The position numbers and the translations under genes are program-made. A DNA stretch of 64,000 nt, from sequence record MZ443771.1; one strand, 5' to 3'. Each line of letters starts with the position of its first letter. Positions within the stretch are counted from its first letter, which is position 1. Positions 28,227 through 38,258 of this stretch are shown piece by piece. The notes below the pieces were generated by a model. That model was not told where the DNA came from and did not search any database. It worked only from the letters and a program-made list of their open reading frames with translations.

Positions 28227-28828
28227 GGCAGTCGCGCGAGAATTTGACGAACAACATCAGATACCGAATTAACCTCAGTATCAATAACCAAATCAAAGCC
28301 GCCAGGGACTTCGAGATAGCGTTGATTGTATTGCTCAAACACTTCTTTGGTCTGACGCTTTTCGATGCGGTCTTCACCGCCGATGCGCAGCTTGCGGCGT
28401 TCGACAGACGTTTCATACGTACAGGTCAACAGCACGGTCAAACGCTTCTCAGGAGCGAGTGCTTCCCAAGTGTGGCGATAGATGTGCGCGTTGATTTCAG
28501 ACTCACCGGCCTGATAAACGTAAGTCGATGGATAGCCGCGATCAGAAATGATGATAGTGTCTGGCTCATCTGCGAGAATGCGATCATAAGCATTCATCGT
28601 GGAAGAACGCGCTGCGAGGAACAGCATCAGCTCGGTGCGCGGGTCCATACCTTCGTTGAGACTGTTATCATTAGACAACAGAACATCACGGATATGCTCG
28701 GCAAGAGGTGTGCCGCCCGGCTCGCGCAATCGCAGAACTTTGTGCCCACGTTGAGACAGAATTTCTGACAGAGCATTACAGACGGTTGATTTACCGCCAC
28801 CTTCAGGGCCTTCGATTAAGAGGTTCAT
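28223..28828 (-). CDS. tmk: Thymidylate kinase
   Basis: IEGPEGGGKST P-loop, LREPGGT, LFLAAR and ISDR motifs. Confidence 0.92.
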   Translation of the reverse strand: MNLLIEGPEGGGKSTVCNALSEILSQRGHKVLRLREPGGTPLAEHIRDVLLSNDNSLNEGMDPRTELMLFLAARSSTMNAYDRILADEPDTIIISDRGYPSTYVYQAGESEINAHIYRHTWEALAPEKRLTVLLTCTYETSVERRKLRIGGEDRIEKRQTKEVFEQYNQRYLEVPGGFDLVIDTEVNSVSDVVRQILARLP

Positions 28829-28837
28829 AGTGATTCC

Positions 28838-29329
28838 TTAGGCGAATCGCCCACCTCGCCATGCGGCTTTGATGAGCAATTTTGCCACGATTTCGTTCTT
28901 CATTGTCTTTCGCTTGGCGTTGCTTTTGACAGATGCAGAGCCGAACTTATTCACGACAATCAGACCACAACCGAGTTCTTTAATTCGGGCTATGATGCGT
29001 TCGCCGTGCGATTCAAACAGGCGTTCGTCAATGATGAAGTACATGCGCATACAGAAAGGCAAATACTTATGCCACTTCTTATCGGTATTGAAGTCTGCCC
29101 AGCAACTCTTTACCTCAGTGATAATCATATCGCATTTGGTATTCAGGCAGAACACGTCAGCCCGTAAGTTACCGTGCTTAATCAGTCCGAGTTCGACGTG
29201 GCACGAATAGCGTTTGTCAATCCAGTAGCGTTGTGCAGCTTCGGTAAGAAAGGCCGTCTTATCAGGACGGCTCATTGACTTGAAAACGGCGGTTCGAACA
29301 GGTTCAGCTTTGCGCCTACTATAAGCCAT
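28838..29329 (-). CDS. MmcB-like PD-(D/E)XK nuclease/DNA repair protein
   Basis: E......RADV......I.I.EVKS..ADF..D.KW..Y..FC..MYF matches the MmcB family pattern. Confidence 0.75.
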   Translation of the reverse strand: MAYSRRKAEPVRTAVFKSMSRPDKTAFLTEAAQRYWIDKRYSCHVELGLIKHGNLRADVFCLNTKCDMIITEVKSCWADFNTDKKWHKYLPFCMRMYFIIDERLFESHGERIIARIKELGCGLIVVNKFGSASVKSNAKRKTMKNEIVAKLLIKAAWRGGRFA

Positions 29330-29777
29330 ACGAGTCGATAATGTCCAGGGCTTGCTCTACGATAGGTCGAAGTTTCTTATCGACTTTGCGCAGTGCTTTA
29401 TCCGCTTTGAACCACTTGCGTTCACGCGTCATGGCTTCGTCGTACTCGGTCAGCATAGTCTTGACCTTCATGACGTACCATTCAACGTGTTGCTCGCGGC
29501 CGGTCTTGCCTTTAACATACTTCATGATATCCACGAAGTCTTTCGGCTTACCGAGAACACCAGCTTCTTCCATAGCTTCTTTCAGCGCACTGTCAAGTGC
29601 AGTCATTCCCTTCTCAACGCCGCCTTTGGGTAGTCCCCAGTTTCCGGCGTGAGTTGTGCGAATCAGCAGAATCTCTACTGAACCGTCACGTTTCTTTCTG
29701 TATGGGATAACGCCTGACTGCTTGCGAGGTTTCTTCTCGCTAGGCAGCTTGGCGGACAATGACACTTTGATCATCAT
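29319..29777 (-). CDS. NUDIX hydrolase
   Basis: Nudix box WGLPKGGVE.G.T...A.KEA.EEAG, with SGVIPYR upstream and REREW-like ERKW downstream. Confidence 0.9.
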   Translation of the reverse strand: MMIKVSLSAKLPSEKKPRKQSGVIPYRKKRDGSVEILLIRTTHAGNWGLPKGGVEKGMTALDSALKEAMEEAGVLGKPKDFVDIMKYVKGKTGREQHVEWYVMKVKTMLTEYDEAMTRERKWFKADKALRKVDKKLRPIVEQALDIIDSYGL

Positions 29778-30277
29778 AATGGTTCGAGTCCCCGTGGCAG
29801 ATCAACATCCCATGAACCGGCATTGTCTTTCCACAGGCCTTCATTCTGCAACACTTGGTACGCTTCGTACAGTGTCGCGCGTGACAGCACGGAAAGTTCG
29901 TTAATGCCAGCAGCGCCCAGATCGTAGCAGTAGCTACAGCCGGGGAAGTATTGACGACGAGCAGCCTCATACGTGTCAAACACGATGCGACCTTCTTCGT
30001 CTGCTACAACCGCATGAGATGCCATGACGCCTTGACCCAGAACCACAATCTGATAGTTAGGGTGTTTGTTGTAGACACGTTGGATAAAGTAAGCAGCATC
30101 TGCAAACGGACGTGCCACCTGTGCGGCGCGATGACAGTTTTGCTCGACGGCGGATTCTGCGAGAGCGCGAGCGCCAGTCAAGTTCATAGCTGAGGCAAAG
30201 ATAAGTGTGGTGAGCGCATGTGGCTCTACAGCAGTGGGGAAGAACTTCGTGCCCCACGCTTGTGATAACGAAAGCAT
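29774..30277 (-). CDS. Hypothetical protein (167 aa)
   Basis: GGAG SD and upstream GCTAATTT motif. Confidence 0.75.
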   Translation of the reverse strand: MLSLSQAWGTKFFPTAVEPHALTTLIFASAMNLTGARALAESAVEQNCHRAAQVARPFADAAYFIQRVYNKHPNYQIVVLGQGVMASHAVVADEEGRIVFDTYEAARRQYFPGCSYCYDLGAAGINELSVLSRATLYEAYQVLQNEGLWKDNAGSWDVDLPRGLEPL

Positions 30278-30306
30278 GGACGTCTCCTTATACGATAGTC
30301 TCAGCT

Positions 30307-30314
30307 AAATTAGC
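30307..30314 (-). promoter_or_regulatory. GCTAATTT putative late promoter
   Basis: Intergenic, 30 nt upstream of ATG 30277. Confidence 0.55.
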
Positions 30315-30315
30315 G

Positions 30316-30606
30316 TCAGTCGCGCGGACAGTTAAGGACTTGCTTGCGATTCTGCATAAAGTCGCGTGGCGCTGGTCCAGAGATAACGACAGCATGTTTG
30401 ACACGATGCTTGGTCGGCTTCTTAGACACATTGCAGCCAGCATGTGACAGTGCATCGAACGCACGGTCAGTAGCAGGACCTGAAATAACAAGCGTATGAG
30501 CGAAGAAGGGTTTACCCACCTTCTTCATCGTTCTGCCCATCAGTTCGTAAATGCGTTGTGCTTCTTCCGTAGACGGTACAGTGCCACACCATATATCGAA
30601 CGTCAT
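30316..30606 (-). CDS. Hypothetical protein (96 aa)
   Basis: AGGAG SD with ATGA coupling to the upstream gene. Confidence 0.6.
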   Translation of the reverse strand: MTFDIWCGTVPSTEEAQRIYELMGRTMKKVGKPFFAHTLVISGPATDRAFDALSHAGCNVSKKPTKHRVKHAVVISGPAPRDFMQNRKQVLNCPRD

Positions 30607-31328
30607 TTCGTGTTCTCCTTGATCATAAGGAGACCATTGAAAATACCGAACTTATCAGTGAAATCGCCGAGGACGTTATGGAGAGAACCACTATCACCAG
30701 GAGCACCGTAAGGATTAAAACCTGTGATGTTGATTTGCAGATGCGATGAACTGACGGTATCGCGTCCCTTTTCCGATAAGAAAATGGTATTGCCAGAAAA
30801 ACGCTGCTTATCAGTAATGAGCACACCCATGTTAGACCACGTACGGGAAGAGGTTTCCAGCACAAAGACAGACGCTTCGAAAAACTCTCGCCCCAGCTCG
30901 GGCTTGATGTCCTCAATGTACTGAGCATCTTCATGGTCAGCAACAACAACGTCCAGCGTAATGAAATCAATCGCATCGCGACGGTTGCGCAACCAGACCT
31001 GCATACAGCGCTCAAAGTAGTCAGCCAGCGCACAGCAGATGCAGCTATAGTTCGACGGGTCTTTCTTGGCGCGTGGTATGGCTGTAACGCTACGGTCATT
31101 GAATTTCCAGCTAATGTGATCAGTTACAAGGGTACCGCTCTGCATCTCAACGTCTTCATCATTAATGAAGAACAGGTTGGTGCGTTGCATAGCGATGTTG
31201 GACATGACGTGGAGAGCACTGCCCTGTAAGCCCAGCGGATGCTGAATCATAACACGGGCAGTAACCACGCGCGGTACGCCACCATCAAGATATGCGAAGT
31301 TCATGGTGCGATGTAATACAGTGCGCAT
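30603..31328 (-). CDS. Hypothetical protein (241 aa)
   Basis: AGGA SD. No family recognised. Confidence 0.7.
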   Translation of the reverse strand: MRTVLHRTMNFAYLDGGVPRVVTARVMIQHPLGLQGSALHVMSNIAMQRTNLFFINDEDVEMQSGTLVTDHISWKFNDRSVTAIPRAKKDPSNYSCICCALADYFERCMQVWLRNRRDAIDFITLDVVVADHEDAQYIEDIKPELGREFFEASVFVLETSSRTWSNMGVLITDKQRFSGNTIFLSEKGRDTVSSSHLQINITGFNPYGAPGDSGSLHNVLGDFTDKFGIFNGLLMIKENTK

Positions 31329-31338
31329 GATGCGTCCT

Positions 31339-32127
31339 TTAGTTCAGGTTGATTGTCTGTCCATTTACAGTTACTTCCTGACCCGCTTCAATGCTCACAG
31401 CACCTTTGACGTCCAGCACGTCATCGCCCTTAATTCTGGTAACACGACTGCCACCAATCTCAACAGTCTGATTGCCTACGATCTTGGTATACTGATTGCC
31501 AGCATCGTTTTTAGGCGTACCCTTAAACTTGATACGCTTCTTAGGGTCAGGTTTGAGAGACTTGGGAGTCATCGTCGGGTCATTCAGAATGTAGTCAGGG
31601 ATATCATTCTTCGAACCTGTAATGATCAACTGCTGGTTGCCAACAATCGTCTGGTTAACATCACCCATGATTGTCATGTTGAAGTCACCGCTAGTCACGA
31701 GGAAGTGCTCGTTAGTCAGGCGGTCGATAATCAACTGCGTACCGGTAGACAGACGAACGCCCACACGATGTGGGTAGTTCACCTGAAACTCAGGCAGCAT
31801 ATCAGCTTGCGTCATGCGCACGTCAGTAGAGTAGATACCTTCATGCAACTGACCGGTAGGGAATTTGACACTGACTTTACCGCCACGCGTAGGCACGAAC
31901 TGCGCGCCAAACACTGTCCCCTGACTGCCTCCCTTGAGACCTTCGAGATGACCAACAGCAGGACGAATCCACGGAATAGATTCATCAGGGATATCGTCAG
32001 TTAGTCCCATGATACGCGCACGAATCTGACAGATTTTCTGAGGGTCGTTGTTGTCAATAACGATTGCCTCATACGTCATCTGAGGGTCAATGCCCTTCTT
32101 CGCGTTTACTTTGTTGAGTGGAATCAT
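31339..32127 (-). CDS. Baseplate spike protein (gp5/VgrG-like OB fold plus beta-helix)
   Basis: A.VIDN.DP.....IRARI......IPW...P..G..V.V.F..G motif, then C-terminal GN(Q)T..I.G repeats. No lysozyme domain is evident. Confidence 0.85.
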   Translation of the reverse strand: MIPLNKVNAKKGIDPQMTYEAIVIDNNDPQKICQIRARIMGLTDDIPDESIPWIRPAVGHLEGLKGGSQGTVFGAQFVPTRGGKVSVKFPTGQLHEGIYSTDVRMTQADMLPEFQVNYPHRVGVRLSTGTQLIIDRLTNEHFLVTSGDFNMTIMGDVNQTIVGNQQLIITGSKNDIPDYILNDPTMTPKSLKPDPKKRIKFKGTPKNDAGNQYTKIVGNQTVEIGGSRVTRIKGDDVLDVKGAVSIEAGQEVTVNGQTINLN

Positions 32128-34019
32128 TTATTCACCCGTGGTAAATACATTTCGAGTTTCTCGCCGTCCGGTGTACCGTGAGTGCCGGAGCCGTCAACAG
32201 TGCCGTCACCAAGAGAGCACAGGAAGTTACGCAAGTTCTCTTCCTGCTGGCGAATAAGCTGCGCAAGGTTCGTGCTTGGGCCGAGTAGCTTGCTGATAGA
32301 GAACGCATCGAGACACTTATCAGGAAGTGCGTCGTCGAGCATACGGTTCATATCTTCCAGTTTGTTACTGACGCAACGCTGGTTGATTTGAGGACCGTCG
32401 AGATACTCAGCAGGGATATCACCGTTAGCGATGAGACCGTTCACGTCATTCGTGAATCCACCGAGCATGTTCTCCATAGCGTCAATGCGCGATGCAAGAG
32501 AACCGAGTATGCTGCCCTTGTAGTTGATTGCCAGATTGACGCTCAACTTCTCCAGACTGTTCAACGCGTTACAGATACCTGTCAGGTACTTGGCCATGTT
32601 GAACTCTTGCATCAAGCTATTCAGGTAGTCAGCACCTTCACCGTACTTAGCAGCAAGCTCAGGGAACTTAAACATCTCACTGTCAGTCTGGAATTGGTCG
32701 AGCATAACGTCCAACTGCAATGAGTGTTGCTGCGAAATCCAGTCGATAGGGTTCGAGCCGTCAAGCGCCTGTTTGATGTTCGAGTTAATCTGGAACGGAC
32801 GCAGGACAGAAGCCACTGTAGCAAGAGGCGTCTGAATGATGTTCGAGCCACCACCAATGTTCGATGTACCTTCGACCGGCGTGAAGTTACGACTCAACAG
32901 GAACGCTTCGCTGTACATGCCACCGAAGAATACGCGAGTACGCCCGATAACAACCCACTTGCCTGAGACTTTGATATCAGTCTCTACTTGACGCTGACCG
33001 TTAATCACACCAGCAGCAACGTCAACAACGTCGAACAAGTCAACGTCTGGGCAGCCTCCTAAGATCAGAGCACGAGCAGTCTCGGTGTACGTCATCGACT
33101 GACGACGATTCGAGTAATACGCCTGCATGTACTTGTCGTGGATGTTGATATCGTTCGACGGGAACGCATAGGCTTTACGTGCACCAGCAATGTCGCCACG
33201 AACGTCACTGTTAATGTTCAGCGGGTCACGTCCCTTGACAGACACAGAGGCAAGCTCATTCGTCTTACCACTTGAGTCAGTCCACAACAGCTTCTCACCG
33301 TAGTTGGACATACCGTTGAAGATGCCACTCATCGACTTCGGCCTGAACTCATGCACGTTGTAGATTGGGCTATCGCCAGTCGGCTTATGGTTATACAGCC
33401 AGTACGCTTTCGGGTCTTCGTCAAAGAGTTTGTTGAGGTCACGCACTACCATGCGCTTATCAGCAGTGATGAACATCTTCGGCAAGGCTTCTTCGGAGAT
33501 CCACATGTGCTGTTCGATCTCATGCGCAAACTTCTTAGGAGAGCACGTTGCAGATACCCAGTTCATGATATCTGAGGTCTGTATGTCACCGAAGTCAGGC
33601 GTCAGACCACCGAACGATGCAACCTGTTTGAGAGCGTCGATAGAAGTACCGCGAATGCTAAAGCTACGCGTGTCGAAGATGAATGTAGGCGCGTCGAGAA
33701 TACACAGCACGTTAAGCATAGGCGTGTTGCCCTCTGTATATTCGCGCACAGCAAACACAGAGAACGTCAGAGTCGATGCAGACTCCGCATCAGGGCCCAT
33801 CACCATAGTTACTTTCGTGCCGTCTACAATCGCGTGTGATGATCGTAATACGTTCGTCTGGTCAGAGAGTATGAGCAGAGCGCAGGGTATAGCGAATGTG
33901 TTTTCGTACACATGGACGGAACGAATAAGGTTTGGCATAGACGGCGGTGCTTTGCCGTCTAACAGAAGACCAAAGTAACCTTGGTCCTTTACGCCACCAG
34001 CAGATGCTTGGTCAGACAT
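32124..34019 (-). CDS. Baseplate hub protein (gp27-like) with C-terminal helical extension
   Basis: Upstream of the gp5-like gene. I..V.VYE......C.L.L.D..N pattern and a G.W.(V/I) motif. Confidence 0.6.
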   Translation of the reverse strand: MSDQASAGGVKDQGYFGLLLDGKAPPSMPNLIRSVHVYENTFAIPCALLILSDQTNVLRSSHAIVDGTKVTMVMGPDAESASTLTFSVFAVREYTEGNTPMLNVLCILDAPTFIFDTRSFSIRGTSIDALKQVASFGGLTPDFGDIQTSDIMNWVSATCSPKKFAHEIEQHMWISEEALPKMFITADKRMVVRDLNKLFDEDPKAYWLYNHKPTGDSPIYNVHEFRPKSMSGIFNGMSNYGEKLLWTDSSGKTNELASVSVKGRDPLNINSDVRGDIAGARKAYAFPSNDINIHDKYMQAYYSNRRQSMTYTETARALILGGCPDVDLFDVVDVAAGVINGQRQVETDIKVSGKWVVIGRTRVFFGGMYSEAFLLSRNFTPVEGTSNIGGGSNIIQTPLATVASVLRPFQINSNIKQALDGSNPIDWISQQHSLQLDVMLDQFQTDSEMFKFPELAAKYGEGADYLNSLMQEFNMAKYLTGICNALNSLEKLSVNLAINYKGSILGSLASRIDAMENMLGGFTNDVNGLIANGDIPAEYLDGPQINQRCVSNKLEDMNRMLDDALPDKCLDAFSISKLLGPSTNLAQLIRQQEENLRNFLCSLGDGTVDGSGTHGTPDGEKLEMYLPRVNK

Positions 34020-34021
34020 GA

Positions 34022-34462
34022 TTAGCCCTCAGCATCAAGCTCAATCGCAATGGCTTTCAGTTTGGCAGCAAGGAGTTTGATATCAGCAGACTTCGCTTGC
34101 ATATTGAAGCCACCGCGACCAGGCTTGATTTCAGAATCTTTTTGAGTGTTGTACCACTTACGCACTTCAACGACACGGTTACCGGCATCATCGTTCGCCA
34201 GATCCACAGACAGGAAACTATGCGGACCTATTTGGATGCGAAAGGTTTCAGGCTCAGAGGTTTCTTTGCGTGTCTTCTTTTTCTTTTCAGAAGACTCAGC
34301 TTTCATCTCTGACTTGTCTTTCTTCTTTGCCTTCTTCTCTTTCGGGCGCTTGAGTTCAGCATCGCGTTCACTAAGAGGCTTATCGTGCTTCCTCTTTTTC
34401 TCAACGCTGTCTTTAATCTTCTTCGCTTTAGCGCCTACGATTTTGCCGTTAACCATTGCCAT
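34022..34462 (-). CDS. PC4/p15-like ssDNA-binding protein with Lys-rich N-terminal tail
   Basis: VEVRKWY......KPGRGGF.M matches the PC4 core (.DIR.WY...PG.KG..L). Confidence 0.7.
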   Translation of the reverse strand: MAMVNGKIVGAKAKKIKDSVEKKRKHDKPLSERDAELKRPKEKKAKKKDKSEMKAESSEKKKKTRKETSEPETFRIQIGPHSFLSVDLANDDAGNRVVEVRKWYNTQKDSEIKPGRGGFNMQAKSADIKLLAAKLKAIAIELDAEG

Positions 34463-34755
34463 TATATTTGCGTCCTCTTCACTTGTTTGATTGCTTGGCT
34501 AGGACGCTTTTCCGGGATTGCTACCTGCATACCAGCGACCATCTCAGATGGATGGACAAGCGAGTTAGCAATAAGCAGCATCACCCAGTTAGCGTTCGTG
34601 CCATAGTTGATGTGCGACAAGAGTTGAGGGTTCCCTTCCATAGAAGCGTCGATGCGTTTCGGAGGTCCGTACAGAGCCTCGTCAACATCGTTGAACACTT
34701 TCATGGTAAGCGGGTCAATCCCCCACTTGTCGATTACTGCGATTGTTTCAGCCAT
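34462..34755 (-). CDS. Baseplate wedge LysM-like protein (gp53-like)
   Basis: LS..NYG....W..L..AN.L..P......G..(V/L).IP pattern. Confidence 0.75.
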   Translation of the reverse strand: MAETIAVIDKWGIDPLTMKVFNDVDEALYGPPKRIDASMEGNPQLLSHINYGTNANWVMLLIANSLVHPSEMVAGMQVAIPEKRPSQAIKQVKRTQI

Positions 34756-35546
34756 TTCTTCAAGTCCTCACGCGTTACAGCAAAGTAGCTACTGACCTGC
34801 AGGATGAAGTCTACGCTGATAGGGTTACCAGTTCCATCTTCCCACACGTTGTCAAAGTTAGCACTCACGCTATCAATGACGCACGGACTCATTGAGAAGA
34901 AATTACCAATATCAACGAAGAACGCTTCACTGTCCTCAAGCACGTTACCGATAGCAGCGTTGGCGGCATCAGCACCTTGACCGGAAGCAGCGAGTGTTAG
35001 CGTTTCCATACTAACAGACTTCAATGGGCTTGGGCCCGGCGGTAACAGAAGGCCACCCTTCTCAGACGGCGCACACAGTGAAAGCAGGTTAATCGTTGTA
35101 TCAACGACTTCGCTTTTCGTATCAGAGTATGCGTCAACGAAGATAGGCAGATCGATAGAGAGATAACTAGGACCTCCCCATACGCGAGCACTTGCCAGCT
35201 TGTGCATCGAACTAGCGCCAGCGAATCGCAGCGCTTTGTCCATCATACCCGCGTTGTTACCAATGAACGAACCCACAGCACCAGCAGTACCACCAACACC
35301 CGCAAGAGCGTTACCGCCCTTTTCAGCGAAATCAGCGAGTGATGTATTGGCAAATGGTGCGTCCCATTGAGATGCGAGACTGAACGTGAAGTCAGGTGGA
35401 ATGAAACCTGTAAATTTGATTGTGCCACTCTTGTTGTATATCTTCACACGGTACATGTTATCAACAGAGATAATGTCGTCACGCGACCGTGCATTCGATA
35501 TAGAAGTGGCTTGCCCACCATCGGCGGGCATCAGGTAGTTAGCCAC
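34734..35546 (-). CDS. Baseplate tube-cap-like protein (gp48-like)
   Basis: Position, plus P......W.....SI and IG.......VI.SV...F......G.PI.V...L motifs. Confidence 0.55.
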   Translation of the reverse strand: MANYLMPADGGQATSISNARSRDDIISVDNMYRVKIYNKSGTIKFTGFIPPDFTFSLASQWDAPFANTSLADFAEKGGNALAGVGGTAGAVGSFIGNNAGMMDKALRFAGASSMHKLASARVWGGPSYLSIDLPIFVDAYSDTKSEVVDTTINLLSLCAPSEKGGLLLPPGPSPLKSVSMETLTLAASGQGADAANAAIGNVLEDSEAFFVDIGNFFSMSPCVIDSVSANFDNVWEDGTGNPISVDFILQVSSYFAVTREDLKKWLKQSQ

Positions 35547-35558
35547 ACAAACTCCTTA

Positions 35559-38258
35559 TCACATATAGCCCATAGTAATCATATTCAGCATCGGGTCGTC
35601 CATAAACACTGGAATCGAATCGAGAGAATGCGTATTACTCTGTCCACCAGATGGACCTTTAGCGCTAGGTCGTGACACAGCGCCACCTTTAGGTGTGTTA
35701 GCAGTCTGTGCTGGTGGTGCGGTAGGTACAGGCATAGCAGGAACTTCTGTTCGAGCAACATCCCCCTCAGTAACGAGAGGCTGTCTATCAACAGGAGCTT
35801 CAGGCTGAATTACCGGCGCAATGCGATTGGTATCTTGTGTCATCTCTTTAGGAAGAACATCCGTAGACGGTTTCTTCGTAAATGTCTCCGCCATAACTTC
35901 TTTGCGAACCTGACGATCAAGTTCATCGGAGAATGGCGTTCGACTATCAGCGACACCAGAACCACCCGAAGCAGCAACAACGTCCTTAGAGGACTGACGA
36001 GCAGGAGAAGGTGATTGGTCTGTATTTACAGCTTTCTTCCTATCAGCTTCTGCCACTTTGAGCAACACGTCCTTCTCGTTCTGCGCTCGCGTTGCAACTG
36101 ATTGCTGCGTTTGCGCTGAACTTGATTTGAAGTAACGGTCGGTCGTAGCGGCTTTATAGTCCTGAATGGTCTTAATCAGATCATCGTCGGACATGCCGTT
36201 AACGTCTTTGCCTTGCAGTGCATTCGAGATAACGCTTGTACCAGTACCGTACTGAACTGCCGTACTATACAGCAACTCTTTAACACCAGCACCACGCTTC
36301 GTCAGGTCAATGCCCACTTCATTCTGCATCTTCGCAGCAAGCGGCGCATAGTGCGTTCGCGTGATGTAGTCAGACTGCGCTTTGTCAAAGTCGGCACCCT
36401 GAGTAGCAGCAACGTCTTTATAGACGGAGTTGAACTGCGAGGTTCCCGGAGCAAGACCACCGAAGCGTTGCAAGAACGGTTTACCTTCAGGGCTGTTCAG
36501 GAAGTTCATCATGCTGCCGTTGTTCGTTGCAAGCTGGTGCTTACCGTAAGACACACCACCAGCATCACCCTGTCCACTAGACACAGTGCCAACACCACGG
36601 CCGCCTGACTCGAACTGCTCAGACACAGCACCAAGACCGCCCTCAGCAATTGCTTTGTTAGCGATATCGGTTACTTGCTTACTGTCATAACGTTTAGCAG
36701 GTTGCGCTCGCATAGGACCGGCGTAAGTGCCGCCACCGCTACCCATCATGCCGCCCATCATACCCATGAAGCTGAAAGGCGCTGTAGTAGGTGCAGGGAA
36801 CTTCGACTTGTCTGCGTTCTCAGCAGTCGTGTCGTTGTACTCGTCCATCTTCTCTTTGCGGTCTTTCTCGCCCTCAGCAAGCATCTTGTCTGATTCGTCG
36901 GTGATCTTGTCAGAGACATATTCACCGATAGAGCTACCGAAGTAATCTCCGAGAATGCCACCGATAGTTGCGCCTAACGCAGCACCAGCAGCAGTACCCG
37001 CTACAGGAACGACAGAACCAAGAACACCGCCAATCCAACCGCCAGCCACTGCACCGAGAGAGCCACCGGTAGCGCCACCAACGGCAGAGCCAGCAGCCTC
37101 TTTCTTAGCCTTAGCTTTCTCTGCATCAGTCATCTCCGTATCAGCGTCGATATGACTGATATTGTTTGCGTACTGCAAACCATTACCAAGCATTGAGCCT
37201 ACGACAGGAATCTTCTTCGATGCACCTGCAAGCAACACAGTCGCACCATCAACAGCGGCATCCTGCATGATAGAAGGTACACGCGGTGCTTCGCCTGTAA
37301 CTTTCTCTTTTGCTGCATCGTCTGCACGTTGTACGTCAGGCGTTTGAGTTACAGGCTGAGGTGCCGTGCTATCTGGAGACCCTGTAGAAGGAGTCTCAGG
37401 CATTCCAGCGCCAGCATTGTTAGCGTTGTCTTGCTCAAATTCCTCTTGTGATTTGTTCTTCAACCACAAGCCACCAGCAGTTGCAGCAGCTACTCCGGCA
37501 AGAGCTAACAGCGCACCAGCTTTACCTTTCAGTCGCGGGAATCGAGAGCGGGGAAGATTGCGCCCCGGGCCCCTGCGTTGTCCTGCACCCCTGCCGTATC
37601 TTCTGCCACGACGATTACGACCACCGGTACGGCGACGACGAGGATTGCGCTCATCAGGACCGAAATCAGGACCGCCATTATCATTCGAGTCATCTGGGCC
37701 TCCATCATCGTTAGCACCAGGAACTCCACCAGCTCCGGGTTGTTGTCCGTGTGGATCTGACTTAGCGCGGTTCTTCTCTTTGAACGCCTCTTTCTTTTCC
37801 CACTCAAGCCAGTCTTCGAGGGCTTTCTGCGTCTTCGTTGAGACTGCGTTACCATCTCGAATAGCTTTGACGATATCTTCACCCGACTTCTCACCTGCAA
37901 TGAACAGGTCTTCGAGTGCTGATTCGACTTCACGTGGGTTAGGCTGCTGCGCTATCGATCGAGGTGTTGCAGGCGCAGTACCTTCATTGACGTAGCGCAC
38001 ACGCTCACGCGCCGACTTCTCACGACGTTCTTTGGCTGCACGGTTCTTAGCACGAGAGCCAGGACCAACGTACACAACGTCGTCATCTTCCATCTGCGGA
38101 TCGTAATCATCGCCTGCAAAATCGAAGCTCGGAGCATCGTTTGCTGCTTTACGTTTACGCTTGCCTTTAGGCATACCGGCAACGGAAGACCCAACGTTAT
38201 CCGCATGTTCGATCATTAGTTCGAGTGCGGACAACTCTCTTTCTTTGGGCTTAGCCAT
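35559..38258 (-). CDS. Tape-measure/hub-like protein with VgrG3-type muramidase domain
   Basis: Arg/Gly-rich segment, TM helix and glycine zipper, then LG.VSEQFESG.RG.GTVS.G.GD.GG.SYG..Q. Confidence 0.75.
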   Translation of the reverse strand: MAKPKERELSALELMIEHADNVGSSVAGMPKGKRKRKAANDAPSFDFAGDDYDPQMEDDDVVYVGPGSRAKNRAAKERREKSARERVRYVNEGTAPATPRSIAQQPNPREVESALEDLFIAGEKSGEDIVKAIRDGNAVSTKTQKALEDWLEWEKKEAFKEKNRAKSDPHGQQPGAGGVPGANDDGGPDDSNDNGGPDFGPDERNPRRRRTGGRNRRGRRYGRGAGQRRGPGRNLPRSRFPRLKGKAGALLALAGVAAATAGGLWLKNKSQEEFEQDNANNAGAGMPETPSTGSPDSTAPQPVTQTPDVQRADDAAKEKVTGEAPRVPSIMQDAAVDGATVLLAGASKKIPVVGSMLGNGLQYANNISHIDADTEMTDAEKAKAKKEAAGSAVGGATGGSLGAVAGGWIGGVLGSVVPVAGTAAGAALGATIGGILGDYFGSSIGEYVSDKITDESDKMLAEGEKDRKEKMDEYNDTTAENADKSKFPAPTTAPFSFMGMMGGMMGSGGGTYAGPMRAQPAKRYDSKQVTDIANKAIAEGGLGAVSEQFESGGRGVGTVSSGQGDAGGVSYGKHQLATNNGSMMNFLNSPEGKPFLQRFGGLAPGTSQFNSVYKDVAATQGADFDKAQSDYITRTHYAPLAAKMQNEVGIDLTKRGAGVKELLYSTAVQYGTGTSVISNALQGKDVNGMSDDDLIKTIQDYKAATTDRYFKSSSAQTQQSVATRAQNEKDVLLKVAEADRKKAVNTDQSPSPARQSSKDVVAASGGSGVADSRTPFSDELDRQVRKEVMAETFTKKPSTDVLPKEMTQDTNRIAPVIQPEAPVDRQPLVTEGDVARTEVPAMPVPTAPPAQTANTPKGGAVSRPSAKGPSGGQSNTHSLDSIPVFMDDPMLNMITMGYM

